Source: Propionibacterium freudenreichii subsp. freudenreichii (GTDB taxonomy: Bacteria > Actinomycetota > Actinomycetes > Propionibacteriales > Propionibacteriaceae). From it: 32,000 bases of DNA. The notes beneath the pieces are model-generated. The model searched no databases. It was not told the origin of the DNA and saw only the letters and a program-made list of their open reading frames with translations. The stretch is taken from contig NZ_CP010341.1 in the NCBI RefSeq assembly GCF_000940845.1, forward strand, positions 2,617,167 through 2,649,166. The letters are read 5' to 3'. Made by a program: the position numbers and the translations under genes. Each line of letters starts with the position of its first letter. The stretch's first letter is position 1. Positions 8,780-17,143 of the stretch are shown piece after piece.

Positions 8780-8935
8780 GCGTTGGGCTTGGTCTTCGGA
8801 CTCGGCGTCATCCGCGGCAGGCGCCTTCCCGGGGATCCGCCCCAGTGACCTGATGCCTGCTGCGTCGGCCTCACCGCTGCGCGACAGTCCCGGTTTCCCA
8901 CCGGATTCCCACACATCTGTGATGCGACCCAACGG
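8780..8935 (-). promoter_or_regulatory. Cobalamin (AdoCbl) riboswitch
   Basis: The minus strand reads GGGAATCCGGTGGGAAACCGGGACTGTCGCGCAGCGGTGAGG ... GTCACTGGGGCGGATCCCCGGGAAGGCG ... GAGTCCGAAGACCAAGCCC. This matches, nearly block for block, the conserved core of the E. coli btuB leader (GGGAATCCAGTGCGAATCTGGAGCTGACGCGCAGCGGTAAGG, CACTG...GGGAAG, and the B12 box AGCCCGAAGACCTGCC). It ends about 50 nt upstream of the SBP start codon. Confidence 0.8.
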
Positions 8936-9141
8936 GCAGACAGTCTAGGGCTCCGGCCGCGGTCGGGTGCGATCCCGGACCCCTCTGCCTGCCACCCGGG
9001 ACCCCTTTTCGCCGACCGACCCACGACCTGGGCACCACCGCACCGGTGATCCTCAGCCAACACACAGTCTTGACGCTCCGCACGGGTTCCCGACTGGGGC
9101 ACACTGGTATCAGGTCCACGGCCGCCGGTGGGCCCGGAAGG

Positions 9142-10923
9142 ATGTCCATGATTCCGCTGGAGGTCAGCGTCAAGTTCCCTGAGACCGTCATCGAGATCGT
9201 CGTCACCCTCGTGCTGGCGCTGGTCTGCCGCTTCGCGCTGCGCAAGGTGATCGATCGCGCGGTGGCGCGCGCCACCCAACGTCAGGGCGAGCACGGCCTG
9301 CTGGCGATGGGACGTTCCTCGAGCGTGGTCGCCACCACCGGCGGGGTGAACACCAACCGCTCCATGCAGCGGGCCAAGACGCTGGGTTCGGTGCTGAAGT
9401 CGATGACCGACGTGGTGTTGATCATCGTCGTGGTGCTCATGGTGCTGAACTCACTGAACATCAACATCGGACCCGCCCTGGCAAGCGCCGGCATCGTCGG
9501 CGTCGCGGTCGGCTTCGGCGCGCAAAGCCTGTTCAAGGACCTGTTCAGTGGCGTATTCATGCTTGCCGAGGACCAGTACGGCGTCGGCGACATCATCGAG
9601 GTGAACAAGCTCAAGGGCACCGTGCGATCGGTGGGCTTCCGCGTCACCGAGTTGCAGGACTTCAATGGCGAGGTCTGGTACGTGCGCAACGGCGAGATCA
9701 GCACGGTGGGCAATGTGAGCCAGGGCTTCACGTCGAGCCTGGTGACCATTCCGGTGAGCGTCGACGAGAGCCCCAAGCTGGTGATCCGGCTGCTGGCGCG
9801 CATGTTGAAGAAGATGGACTCCGAGCCCGATTGGCACAACAAGATGCTGGAGGAGCCCAGCATGCTGGGCCTGTCCGCCCTGGACGCCACCACCGCCAGC
9901 TACCAGATCTCGATCAAGTGCCCGGCCAATTCGCAGTGGGACGTCGAGCGCGAGATCCGCAGCCGCGCGTTGTCGACGCTGAGCCAGGCCGGCGTGCGGA
10001 TGCCGGTGACGCGGGTGGCCACGGTGCCGCCGCACACCGCCGACGAGACCATGGCCATGCCCCATTCCCGCAGGCGCCGCCTGGGCCAGTTGGCGCAGCA
10101 GCGCATGGCCGAACGGCACGCCACCGACCAGTCGGCCACGGGACGGACGGGCACCGAACCAGCCGGGGAGGCCACGCAGGAGCCGTCGGCCGAGCAGGGC
10201 ACGCCCCCCACCGGCGAGGTGATCCGGCGTCCCGCCGAGCCGGGACAGGCCGCCGCCGACAGCCGGCCGACCGACGCAGCCCAGGCCGCAGCGGGTCCGG
10301 CATCCGATCAGGTGGTGCCGGCTGACGACACCCTGCCCGCCCCGAAGGTGAAGGCCGCCGACACCGGCCAGCTGCGCAAGGCCCGCGCCTGGCTCGACCA
10401 CGGCGCCGACCGCTCGGTGCGCTGGGTGGCGCAGGCCACTCCCGGGGCCAGCGAGGTGCACGACATGACCGCCGACCAGACGGTGCTGATGAGCGCCGAT
10501 GATGTGCTGCGTCGGCCCGATCAGGCCGACGGCACCGGCCGGACGCACCGCAGCACCGCGGCATCGGGCACGACGGCATCAGGCACTGCCGCATCAGATA
10601 CTGCGGCATCGGGCTCGGGCACCGACGGTGCGAAGCCCACGGGCGACAGGCCCGGCGCCGACCCCAGTGACCCCCGCACCGGTGCCGCCGACTCCGGCGC
10701 CACCAAGTCCACTGCGGCCGGCTCCTCCGATGCGAAGGGCGACGACGAGGCCAGCAAGACCCGCAGCCTGCGGGCGATCGACACCGGGCACCAGCCCGGC
10801 ACCGACCCGGAGCAGGGCACCGGCGATCCGGCCCCGCAGTCCGGCGACCGATCCGACCCGTCCGAGCCGCCGGCCGACCAGACACGGCGCCTGTTCGGGC
10901 GTCGCGGCCGCAAGCGCGACTGA
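9142..10923 (+). CDS. Mechanosensitive ion channel family protein (MscS-like) with a long disordered C-terminal tail
   Basis: MscS core GVAVGFGAQSLFKDLFSGVFMLAEDQYGVGDIIEV preceded by TM helices. The start is taken at ATG 9142 (or 9148) after GGAAGG; the upstream part of the track ORF is leader. The last about 290 aa are Ala/Pro/Gly/Asp/Thr-rich low complexity. Confidence 0.85.
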   Translation: MSMIPLEVSVKFPETVIEIVVTLVLALVCRFALRKVIDRAVARATQRQGEHGLLAMGRSSSVVATTGGVNTNRSMQRAKTLGSVLKSMTDVVLIIVVVLMVLNSLNINIGPALASAGIVGVAVGFGAQSLFKDLFSGVFMLAEDQYGVGDIIEVNKLKGTVRSVGFRVTELQDFNGEVWYVRNGEISTVGNVSQGFTSSLVTIPVSVDESPKLVIRLLARMLKKMDSEPDWHNKMLEEPSMLGLSALDATTASYQISIKCPANSQWDVEREIRSRALSTLSQAGVRMPVTRVATVPPHTADETMAMPHSRRRRLGQLAQQRMAERHATDQSATGRTGTEPAGEATQEPSAEQGTPPTGEVIRRPAEPGQAAADSRPTDAAQAAAGPASDQVVPADDTLPAPKVKAADTGQLRKARAWLDHGADRSVRWVAQATPGASEVHDMTADQTVLMSADDVLRRPDQADGTGRTHRSTAASGTTASGTAASDTAASGSGTDGAKPTGDRPGADPSDPRTGAADSGATKSTAAGSSDAKGDDEASKTRSLRAIDTGHQPGTDPEQGTGDPAPQSGDRSDPSEPPADQTRRLFGRRGRKRD

Positions 10924-10977
10924 GCGACCGACCTCGCCCCCACCACCGGGCCGGCACCGCCACTAAACTCGTGACTC

Positions 10978-12468
10978 GTGTCCGATTCTTCGCAGGCCCT
11001 GTCTGTTGCCCAGCGTCACGCGGTGGATGAGCTGTTGCGCATCACACCGGTGATCGACGAGCTGGGCGCGCTGTTCCACAAAGCCGGCGAGGAGCTCTAC
11101 CTGGTGGGCGGTTCGGTGCGCGACGCCCTGTTGGGCCGCCTGGGCCACGACCTCGACTTCACCACCTCGGCCGATCCCGACACCACCGAGCGGTTGCTGC
11201 ACCGGTTCAGCTCCGCGGTATGGACCGTCGGCAAGGAGTTCGGCACCATCGGGGCGTCCAAGAAGTCGAACGGCCACGAGCTGCAGATCGAGATCACCAC
11301 CTTCCGCGCCGACGCCTACGAGCCCGATTCGCGCAAGCCGATCGTGGCCTACGGCGACAATGTGCAGGACGACCTGGTGCGCCGCGATTTCACGGTGAAT
11401 GCGATGGCCATCGACGTGCATTCCAAGGCGTTCGTCGACCCCCACGGCGGCATCCGGGACCTCGCCGCGAAGGTGCTGCGCACCCCGACGGCCCCCGAGA
11501 TCAGCTTCAGCGACGATCCGCTGCGCATGATGCGGGCCTGCCGGTTCGCCGCCCAGCTGGGGTTCAAGGTTGACCCGGTCACCTTCAATGCGATGAAGGC
11601 CATGCACGAGCGCATCGAGATCGTCTCGCCCGAGCGAGTGCGCGACGAATTGTCGAAGCTGCTGCTGGCCGACGCGCCGCGCCCGGGCCTCAACCTGTTG
11701 GTGGCCAGCGGACTGGCCGACATCGTGCTGCCCGAACTGCCCGCAATGCGCCTGGAACGCGACGAGCACTTCCGCCACAAGGACGTCTACGAGCACTCAC
11801 TGACGGTGCTCGATCAGGCGATCGCGCTGGAGAAGGCCCGCGACTACAAGGACGGCAAGCCCAACCCCCACCACCAGCCCGACCTGGTGATCCGCCTGGC
11901 GGCGCTGCTGCACGACATCGGCAAGCCGGCCACCCGGGGGCTGGACGGCGACAAGGTCACCTTCCACCACCACGACATCGTGGGCGCCAAGCTGGCGCGC
12001 AAGCGGCTGCGTGCACTGCACTATCCCAAGGCCGTGGTGGACGCGGTGGGCCAGCTCATCGAACAGCACCTGCGCTTTCATGGCTATGGCGAGGCGAGCT
12101 GGACCGATTCGGCGGTGCGCCGCTATGTGCGCGACGCCGGCGACCAGCTGGAGCACCTGCACATCCTCACCCGCAGCGACTGCACCACCCGCAATGCCCG
12201 CAAGGCCGACACCCTGCGCCGCGCCTACGACGAGCTCGAGGCCCGCATCGACGAGCTGGCCGCCACCGAGGAGTTGAAGTCGATCCGTCCCGACCTGAAC
12301 GGCGACGAGATCATGACGATCCTGGGCATCGCGCCGGGTCCGCAGGTGGGCCGGGCCTACCAGCACATGCTGTCGGTGCGCATGGACCAGGGCCCCCTCG
12401 ACCATGACGCCGCAGTCGCCGAGCTGAAGCGCTGGTGGGCCGCGCAGCCCCACCCGGATGCCAGCTGA
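10978..12468 (+). CDS. cca: CCA tRNA nucleotidyltransferase (PcnA-type, with HD domain)
   Basis: LYLVGGSVRDALLGR...DLDFTT nucleotidyltransferase motif, RRDFTVNAMA, and a C-terminal HD domain (LLHDIGKP). 496 aa with a GTG start. Confidence 0.9.
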   Translation: MSDSSQALSVAQRHAVDELLRITPVIDELGALFHKAGEELYLVGGSVRDALLGRLGHDLDFTTSADPDTTERLLHRFSSAVWTVGKEFGTIGASKKSNGHELQIEITTFRADAYEPDSRKPIVAYGDNVQDDLVRRDFTVNAMAIDVHSKAFVDPHGGIRDLAAKVLRTPTAPEISFSDDPLRMMRACRFAAQLGFKVDPVTFNAMKAMHERIEIVSPERVRDELSKLLLADAPRPGLNLLVASGLADIVLPELPAMRLERDEHFRHKDVYEHSLTVLDQAIALEKARDYKDGKPNPHHQPDLVIRLAALLHDIGKPATRGLDGDKVTFHHHDIVGAKLARKRLRALHYPKAVVDAVGQLIEQHLRFHGYGEASWTDSAVRRYVRDAGDQLEHLHILTRSDCTTRNARKADTLRRAYDELEARIDELAATEELKSIRPDLNGDEIMTILGIAPGPQVGRAYQHMLSVRMDQGPLDHDAAVAELKRWWAAQPHPDAS

Positions 12469-12478
12469 GGCAACGAGC

Positions 12479-12495
12479 GGATTGCACGGCAATCC
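12479..12495 (+). terminator. Small stem-loop after cca
   Basis: GGATTGC-acg-GCAATCC, a 7-bp perfect stem 11 nt after the cca stop. There is no U-tract. Confidence 0.3.
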
Positions 12496-12780
12496 ACGAG
12501 CACCGCTTGCCCACAGACAGGGGCGACTACACTAGGTGAGTTGGCTTCATCCGTCACCGATGCCCCGGCGGCTTGCGCCTTCCTGAATGGGTTGGCCACT
12601 GACCGCCACGGAATCGGTTGGATATGCCAGCCACCACGCAATGAATTCTCAGGTACGGCGCTCGACACGAGATATATTCCGGTATCACGTCGGATGGCCA
12701 TCTCGCGGCGATAGCCCTTGGCGCCCCGTGCACGGAAGCCGGCGTGGACCACCACATGCGTGGACGAAACAAGCATGCAC

Positions 12781-12823
12781 AAGGCGAAGCTGCCACCCCC
12801 GAGCATCGGTGGCGCTTCGCCTT
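12781..12823 (+). promoter_or_regulatory. Long hairpin in the 5' leader of the MFS gene
   Basis: AAGGCGAAGC(T)GCCACC - cccgagcatc - GGTGGCGCTTCGCCTT, 16 bp with one bulge. It lies about 45 nt upstream of the MFS start and has no U-tract. Confidence 0.35.
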
Positions 12824-12870
12824 GACTATGCGTGCTGCGGGAATGACAAGCAGAGAAGTTGAGGAACTCA

Positions 12871-14361
12871 GTGGATTTCAGGAACGAGCGGCACCTTATT
12901 CACGTGCCGGGCACCGATCGGGTGTTCAACCGACTCAAGGTACTGATCGTACTGATGATCCCGCTGGCGATGTCACTGATGTCGATCAGCTCGATCAACG
13001 TGGCACTGCCCACCATCGAAACCTCCATCGGCGCCTCCGACACGTCCGTGCAATGGATGCTGTCGGGCTACGCCCTGGTGTTCGGCATGCTGCTGGTGCC
13101 CTCGGGGCGCCTCGGCGACGCGATCGGACGCGGCACCGTGTGGATCACCGGCGTGTCGATCTTCTCGATCGGCTCGCTGGTCTGTGGCTTCGCGAGCACC
13201 CCGGGGCTGCTCAACATCGCCCGCGTGGCGCAGGGCTTCGGTGCCGGCGTGCTCAATCCCCAGACCATCGGCATGATCCAGCAGTACTTCCGCGGTGAGG
13301 GCCGGGCGCGCGCCTACAGCGTCTTCGGCCTGGTGATCGCCGCATCGGTGGCCGCCGGCCCGCTGTTCACCGGCCTGATCATCCGTGCGCTGGGCGCCCA
13401 GAACGGCTGGCGCGCCAGCTTCCTGTGGAACGCCCCGCTCGGTTTCCTGGGCATCGCACTGGCCCTCATGTGGTTCCCCTTCGACGGGGAGCGCCGGCGT
13501 CGCCACGCCAAGGAGGCCGGCGAGGCGGTGCACACCAAGCTCGACCTCGACCCGGTGGCGATGGTGTTGCTGGCCGCCGCCGTGCTGTGCATCATGATGC
13601 CGTTCATGCTCAAGACCGGCCCGGGCTTCCTGCTGTTGCCGGTCGCTGCCGTGCTGCTGGTGGCGTGGGTGCGCTGGGAGCGCCACTACGGCGCCCGCGG
13701 GGGTCAACCGATGGTTGACCTGAAGCTGTTCCGCTACCGCTCGTTCACCCATGCCACCGCCGTGTCGGGCACGCAGTTCCTGGGTGGCACGTCGATCTTC
13801 GTGCTCGTGGCGCTGTTCCTGCAGGACGGCATGCATGTCTCGGCCCTGCAGGCGGGCATGATCGGCCTGCCGAATGCGGTGTTGTCGGCCATCGCGTCCC
13901 TGTGGTGTGGACGCCAGGCCCTCACCCGCGGACGCAACCTGGTGATCGTCGGCCTGTCGTGCATCCTGGTGGGCGTGCTGGGTTCCATCGGCATGGCCAA
14001 GCTGATCATGGAGCACGGGGTCAACTTCTGGTGGCTTGCCGTGCCGCTGTCGCTGATCGGCATCGGCAACGGCTGCATGACCGGCTGCAACCAGACCCTG
14101 TCGATGCTCGAGGTGCCCCCGAAGGAGGGCGGCGTCGCCGGCGGCGTGAAGTCGACCACCGAGCGCGTGGCCACCGCCATCGGCAATGCGGTGATCACCG
14201 CCGTGTTCTTCACCCTGGTCACCAAGGGCTGGGCCGTGGCGCTCACCTGGGCCTATGTGGTGATCGCCGTGATCATCGCCGTCGCCATCGGACTGGCGAT
14301 CTACGACCGCGTCACCCTGGGCCGTGGCGCGCCGCCCACCGCACACTCCGTGACGGTCTGA
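12871..14361 (+). CDS. MFS transporter, DHA2 (EmrB/QacA-like, 14-TMS) drug:H+ antiporter family
   Basis: TM1 is followed by INVALPTIE and the motif-A-like LVPSGRLGDAIGR, with 14 hydrophobic segments. The start is uncertain: GTG 12871 has GAGGA 5 nt upstream, while the track start is TTG 12859. Confidence 0.85.
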   Translation: MDFRNERHLIHVPGTDRVFNRLKVLIVLMIPLAMSLMSISSINVALPTIETSIGASDTSVQWMLSGYALVFGMLLVPSGRLGDAIGRGTVWITGVSIFSIGSLVCGFASTPGLLNIARVAQGFGAGVLNPQTIGMIQQYFRGEGRARAYSVFGLVIAASVAAGPLFTGLIIRALGAQNGWRASFLWNAPLGFLGIALALMWFPFDGERRRRHAKEAGEAVHTKLDLDPVAMVLLAAAVLCIMMPFMLKTGPGFLLLPVAAVLLVAWVRWERHYGARGGQPMVDLKLFRYRSFTHATAVSGTQFLGGTSIFVLVALFLQDGMHVSALQAGMIGLPNAVLSAIASLWCGRQALTRGRNLVIVGLSCILVGVLGSIGMAKLIMEHGVNFWWLAVPLSLIGIGNGCMTGCNQTLSMLEVPPKEGGVAGGVKSTTERVATAIGNAVITAVFFTLVTKGWAVALTWAYVVIAVIIAVAIGLAIYDRVTLGRGAPPTAHSVTV

Positions 14362-14371
14362 GGCCGTCGCG

Positions 14372-14410
14372 GGACGACGGGACTGCGGGCCTGCCGCGCA
14401 GGTGTCGTCC
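14372..14410 (+). terminator. Compound stem-loop after the MFS gene
   Basis: Outer stem GGACGAC (14372-78) / GTCGTCC (14404-10) and inner stem CTGCG / CGCAG. It lies 11 nt after the stop and has no U-tract. Confidence 0.4.
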
Positions 14411-14424
14411 GTCACCGGGCACGT

Positions 14425-14520
14425 CATCAACAGGGTCGGGCGTCAACAGGCCCCGGCATCAACAGGCCCCGGCATCAACAGGCCCCGTCGTCAACAGGCA
14501 GGGCATCGACAGGCACAGGC
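14425..14520. repeat. Tandem array, 6 x 16 bp (consensus CATCAACAGGCCCCGG)
   Basis: Units start at 14425, 14441, 14457, 14473, 14489 and 14504/5. The three central units are near-identical and the outer units are degenerate. The period is not a multiple of 3. The array ends 14 nt before GTG 14535. Confidence 0.9.
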
Positions 14521-14534
14521 AATACGATGGGCGG

Positions 14535-16631
14535 GTGAGCCCACGACATGCCGACGACGCCTCCGGTGACCGCCGGCGCACCGGCCCGCAGGCCCGGCTG
14601 CCGCGCTGGCTGGCCGGGCTGTTGTGCATCGTGCTCACCACGCTGTCGCTGGGCGTCGTGCATCCCGCCGTGCGCGCCGACGACGCGACACTGGACGTCA
14701 CCTTCACCTCGATGTCGCCGTCGGCGGTCACCGACGAGGGCGACCTCACGCTCACCGGCACCATCACCAACAAGGGCTCGGCCACGGTGAACCGTCCCAC
14801 CGTGCACATGTGGCGCAATCGGGCGCCACTGACCAACGCCGACGCGCTCAACTTCCTGGTGAAGAACCAGTCGTCCGAGCCGATGGGCGATGTGGTCACC
14901 ACCTCGGCCGCCGCCCAGACGGTGGCCAGCCTGACGCCGGGGGCGAGCGCCAACTTCACGGTGCGCGCCGCCTTCTCGGGCGGTGGCGACCCGTTGGCCC
15001 TGGTGAGCCCGGGCAACGCCTACCTGGTGGGCGTGCGCGTCGACAACAGCGCAGGAACCCAGGTGGGCAGCTCACGCACCCTCATCTCCTATCCCGGCAC
15101 CTCGAAGTACGACGTCACGACGGTGGCCGAGCTGGCCAGCGCGCCCAGCTATGTGGGCACCGACAACGGCAAGCCCGTGTTCACCGACGACCACCTGGCC
15201 GCCGAGATCTCCCCCGACGGACGCCTTGGCCAGCTGGTGCAGCTCGCCGAGGCCGACAACGTCAGCTCGGTGATCGACCCCCTGCTGGTCGATGAGCTCA
15301 CGGCGATGGCCTCGGGCTACGAGGTGCGCAGCACCGACGGCACGCGGGTTCCCGGCCGGGGACAGGACGCCGCCAGCTCGTTCCTGCGGCGCATCCAGGG
15401 CGTCGCAGCGAACGGACGCAGTTACCGCGGCCTGTACGGGATGTTGGGCGTCAGCGCGGCCGCGTCGGCGTCCCGCCACGACCTGCTGGTGTCGGCGGCG
15501 CAGCAGTCGGCGGGCAACCAGACCCTCAAGGCACTGCCGCTGGCGATCACCGCCACCGGCAATGCGCTCACCAGCAACGACCTCGAATACCTGGCCAGCG
15601 CCAAGCCGACGCTGGTGTTGGCGCAGGGCATCGACCCGGCATCGCCGGTGCGTCAGGCAACGGTGCGGCAGGGTGCACCCACCCAGCTCACCGTGGTGTC
15701 GGTGCAGACCACGCTGGGCGACGGCGGGCCCGCGCCGGCCCCCGACCAGGACCTGGTGCACCGGGTGGGACGCCTGCAGAGCGAGCAGCTGGTGCGTGCC
15801 GCCGCCTATGGCACGTCGGTGCACCTGGTGACCGGTGGCGATGCTGCTCGCGCCGAACTTGCCGCTGCCACTGGGCGGGTGCGCGTTCCGCTGCAGGAAC
15901 TGCTGAAGAAGCAGACCACGCCGGTAGCGCTGCAGACCGGCAACACCGACGAGATCAGCGCCCCGGGCAGCCTCACCGGGGCCGAGTCAACGGCCCAGAC
16001 GCAGTTGGGCTTCTACAAGGCGCTGACGGGTGAGGATGCCGGCATCGACACGGAGTTGCTGATCACGCGGGTGTGGAGCGGTAGCTTTGCCGACGCGGAC
16101 GCCGCCGAGGCCTACCTGAACACGGCGATGGCCACCGTCAGCGCCGCCCTGCAGTCCGGGGGCGTGGAGGTGCACATGAGCGAGAAGCTCATCGTGCCCT
16201 CGAAGTCCACGTCGTTGCCGATCAGCCTGACCAATTCGATGTCGATCCCCGTGCGGGTGCGGGTGCACTTCGACTCCGACAACTCCTCGCGCATCGACAT
16301 CGACGACACCGATGTGATCCGGCTCGACCCGGGTGAATCCGCGACGGTGCGCATCACCCCGCATGCCAGCGGGTCGGGCACCGTGCAGATGGACGCCATG
16401 GTGATGACCGCCGGCGACCAGGCCCACCAGCTGGGCGATTCGGTGCGCTTCACCGTGCAGGCCAACAATGTGGGCAACATCGGGTGGATCATCATCATCG
16501 CCTCCGGCGTGGTGTTGTTGGGGGCCACCGCGCTGCGGGTGCGCCAGGTGCGCCACGAGCGTGCCCAGCAGCACACGCCTGCCGACGACGACCCCGACGT
16601 GCCCTTCGACCCGCGCCCCCTCGACGACTGA
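14535..16631 (+). CDS. Rv3909-like conserved actinobacterial envelope protein (probably DUF6049 family)
   Basis: GTG 14535 gives an N-terminal signal/anchor (RLPRWLAGLLCIVLTTLSLGVVHPAVRA), a large extracytoplasmic body and a C-terminal TM (IGWIIIIASGVVLLGATAL). Its position between cca and the MviN-type pseudokinase matches Rv3909. The upstream 633 nt of the track ORF overlap the MFS gene. Confidence 0.65.
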   Translation: MSPRHADDASGDRRRTGPQARLPRWLAGLLCIVLTTLSLGVVHPAVRADDATLDVTFTSMSPSAVTDEGDLTLTGTITNKGSATVNRPTVHMWRNRAPLTNADALNFLVKNQSSEPMGDVVTTSAAAQTVASLTPGASANFTVRAAFSGGGDPLALVSPGNAYLVGVRVDNSAGTQVGSSRTLISYPGTSKYDVTTVAELASAPSYVGTDNGKPVFTDDHLAAEISPDGRLGQLVQLAEADNVSSVIDPLLVDELTAMASGYEVRSTDGTRVPGRGQDAASSFLRRIQGVAANGRSYRGLYGMLGVSAAASASRHDLLVSAAQQSAGNQTLKALPLAITATGNALTSNDLEYLASAKPTLVLAQGIDPASPVRQATVRQGAPTQLTVVSVQTTLGDGGPAPAPDQDLVHRVGRLQSEQLVRAAAYGTSVHLVTGGDAARAELAAATGRVRVPLQELLKKQTTPVALQTGNTDEISAPGSLTGAESTAQTQLGFYKALTGEDAGIDTELLITRVWSGSFADADAAEAYLNTAMATVSAALQSGGVEVHMSEKLIVPSKSTSLPISLTNSMSIPVRVRVHFDSDNSSRIDIDDTDVIRLDPGESATVRITPHASGSGTVQMDAMVMTAGDQAHQLGDSVRFTVQANNVGNIGWIIIIASGVVLLGATALRVRQVRHERAQQHTPADDDPDVPFDPRPLDD

Positions 16632-16720
16632 GCGTCGGGTGGTGCCCCTCACCGGATGGCGTTTGCCCACCGGCGGGCGGGCTCGTCCTGCTGTCTCCCC
16701 TCGGCCATCACCCCACCGAC

Positions 16721-16775
16721 CACTAACTGGTCACCTATGCGGAGTCATTCCCGCACAACTGTCCAGTTAGTGACC
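16721..16775. repeat. Nested-hairpin repeat, copy A
   Basis: CACTAACTGG-TCACCTA-TGCGG-agtcattc-CCGCA-caactgt-CCAGTTAGTG-ACC. It has a 10-bp perfect outer inverted repeat plus an inner 5-bp stem. The core GGTCACCTATGCGGAGTCATTCCCGCACAACTG is shared with copy B. Confidence 0.85.
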
Positions 16776-16856
16776 AGGCGGCGGTGGACTCGGGGCGGCG
16801 TCGACTCGATCGGTTCTTAGGTGGAGGGTTTCGATGCGTCTAGTCATCACAACCAT

Positions 16857-16970
16857 CCACTGAGTGGCCCGACGTCGCCTGGCACGGAAACCTCGTTGGG
16901 TGGTCACCTGTGCGGCGTCATTGCCGCACAACTGCCCACTCAGGGGGATCGTCATGCCCACTCAGGGGGA
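16857..16970. repeat. Nested-hairpin repeat, copy B, with a duplicated right end
   Basis: The left arm CCACTGAGTGG (16857-67) is followed by a 34-nt insert. The core is GGTCACCTGTGCGGCGTCATTGCCGCACAACTG (16902-34), which contains the perfect TGTGCGGC/GCCGCACA inverted repeat. The right arm GCCCACTCAGGGGGA occurs twice (16934-48 and 16956-70). About 30 of 34 core positions are identical to copy A. Confidence 0.85.
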
Positions 16971-17143
16971 GCGTCGCCCCCGGGCGAGCACCGGCCCAGC
17001 CCCCAACCCCCCACCTCCAAGATGGGCGATTCCCCGCAGCATCGGCACGCCCACGTGCCCCGCGCCCGCGCGCGAGGGCAGACTAGAGCCGGTACGCCCA
17101 CGCACGGGACAACCAGTCGTCGGAGCGGAGGCCAGCGAGGGGG

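Noticed and set aside
8733-9294. N-terminal third of the 548-aa minus-strand ORF 7648..9294
   Set aside because: This stretch covers the cobalamin riboswitch and the promoter and 5' end of the divergent MscS gene. There is no start-proximal signal peptide. Only the part downstream of the lipobox Cys (8577) is protein-like.
12619-12632. TGGATATGCCAGC resembling the TPP-riboswitch CTGGATAATGCCAGCG element
   Set aside because: The other obligatory THI-box parts (CTGAGA in the correct position, ACCC...GAACCTGATC, a closing AGGGA) are missing or badly degenerate. The site is also 240 nt from the MFS start.
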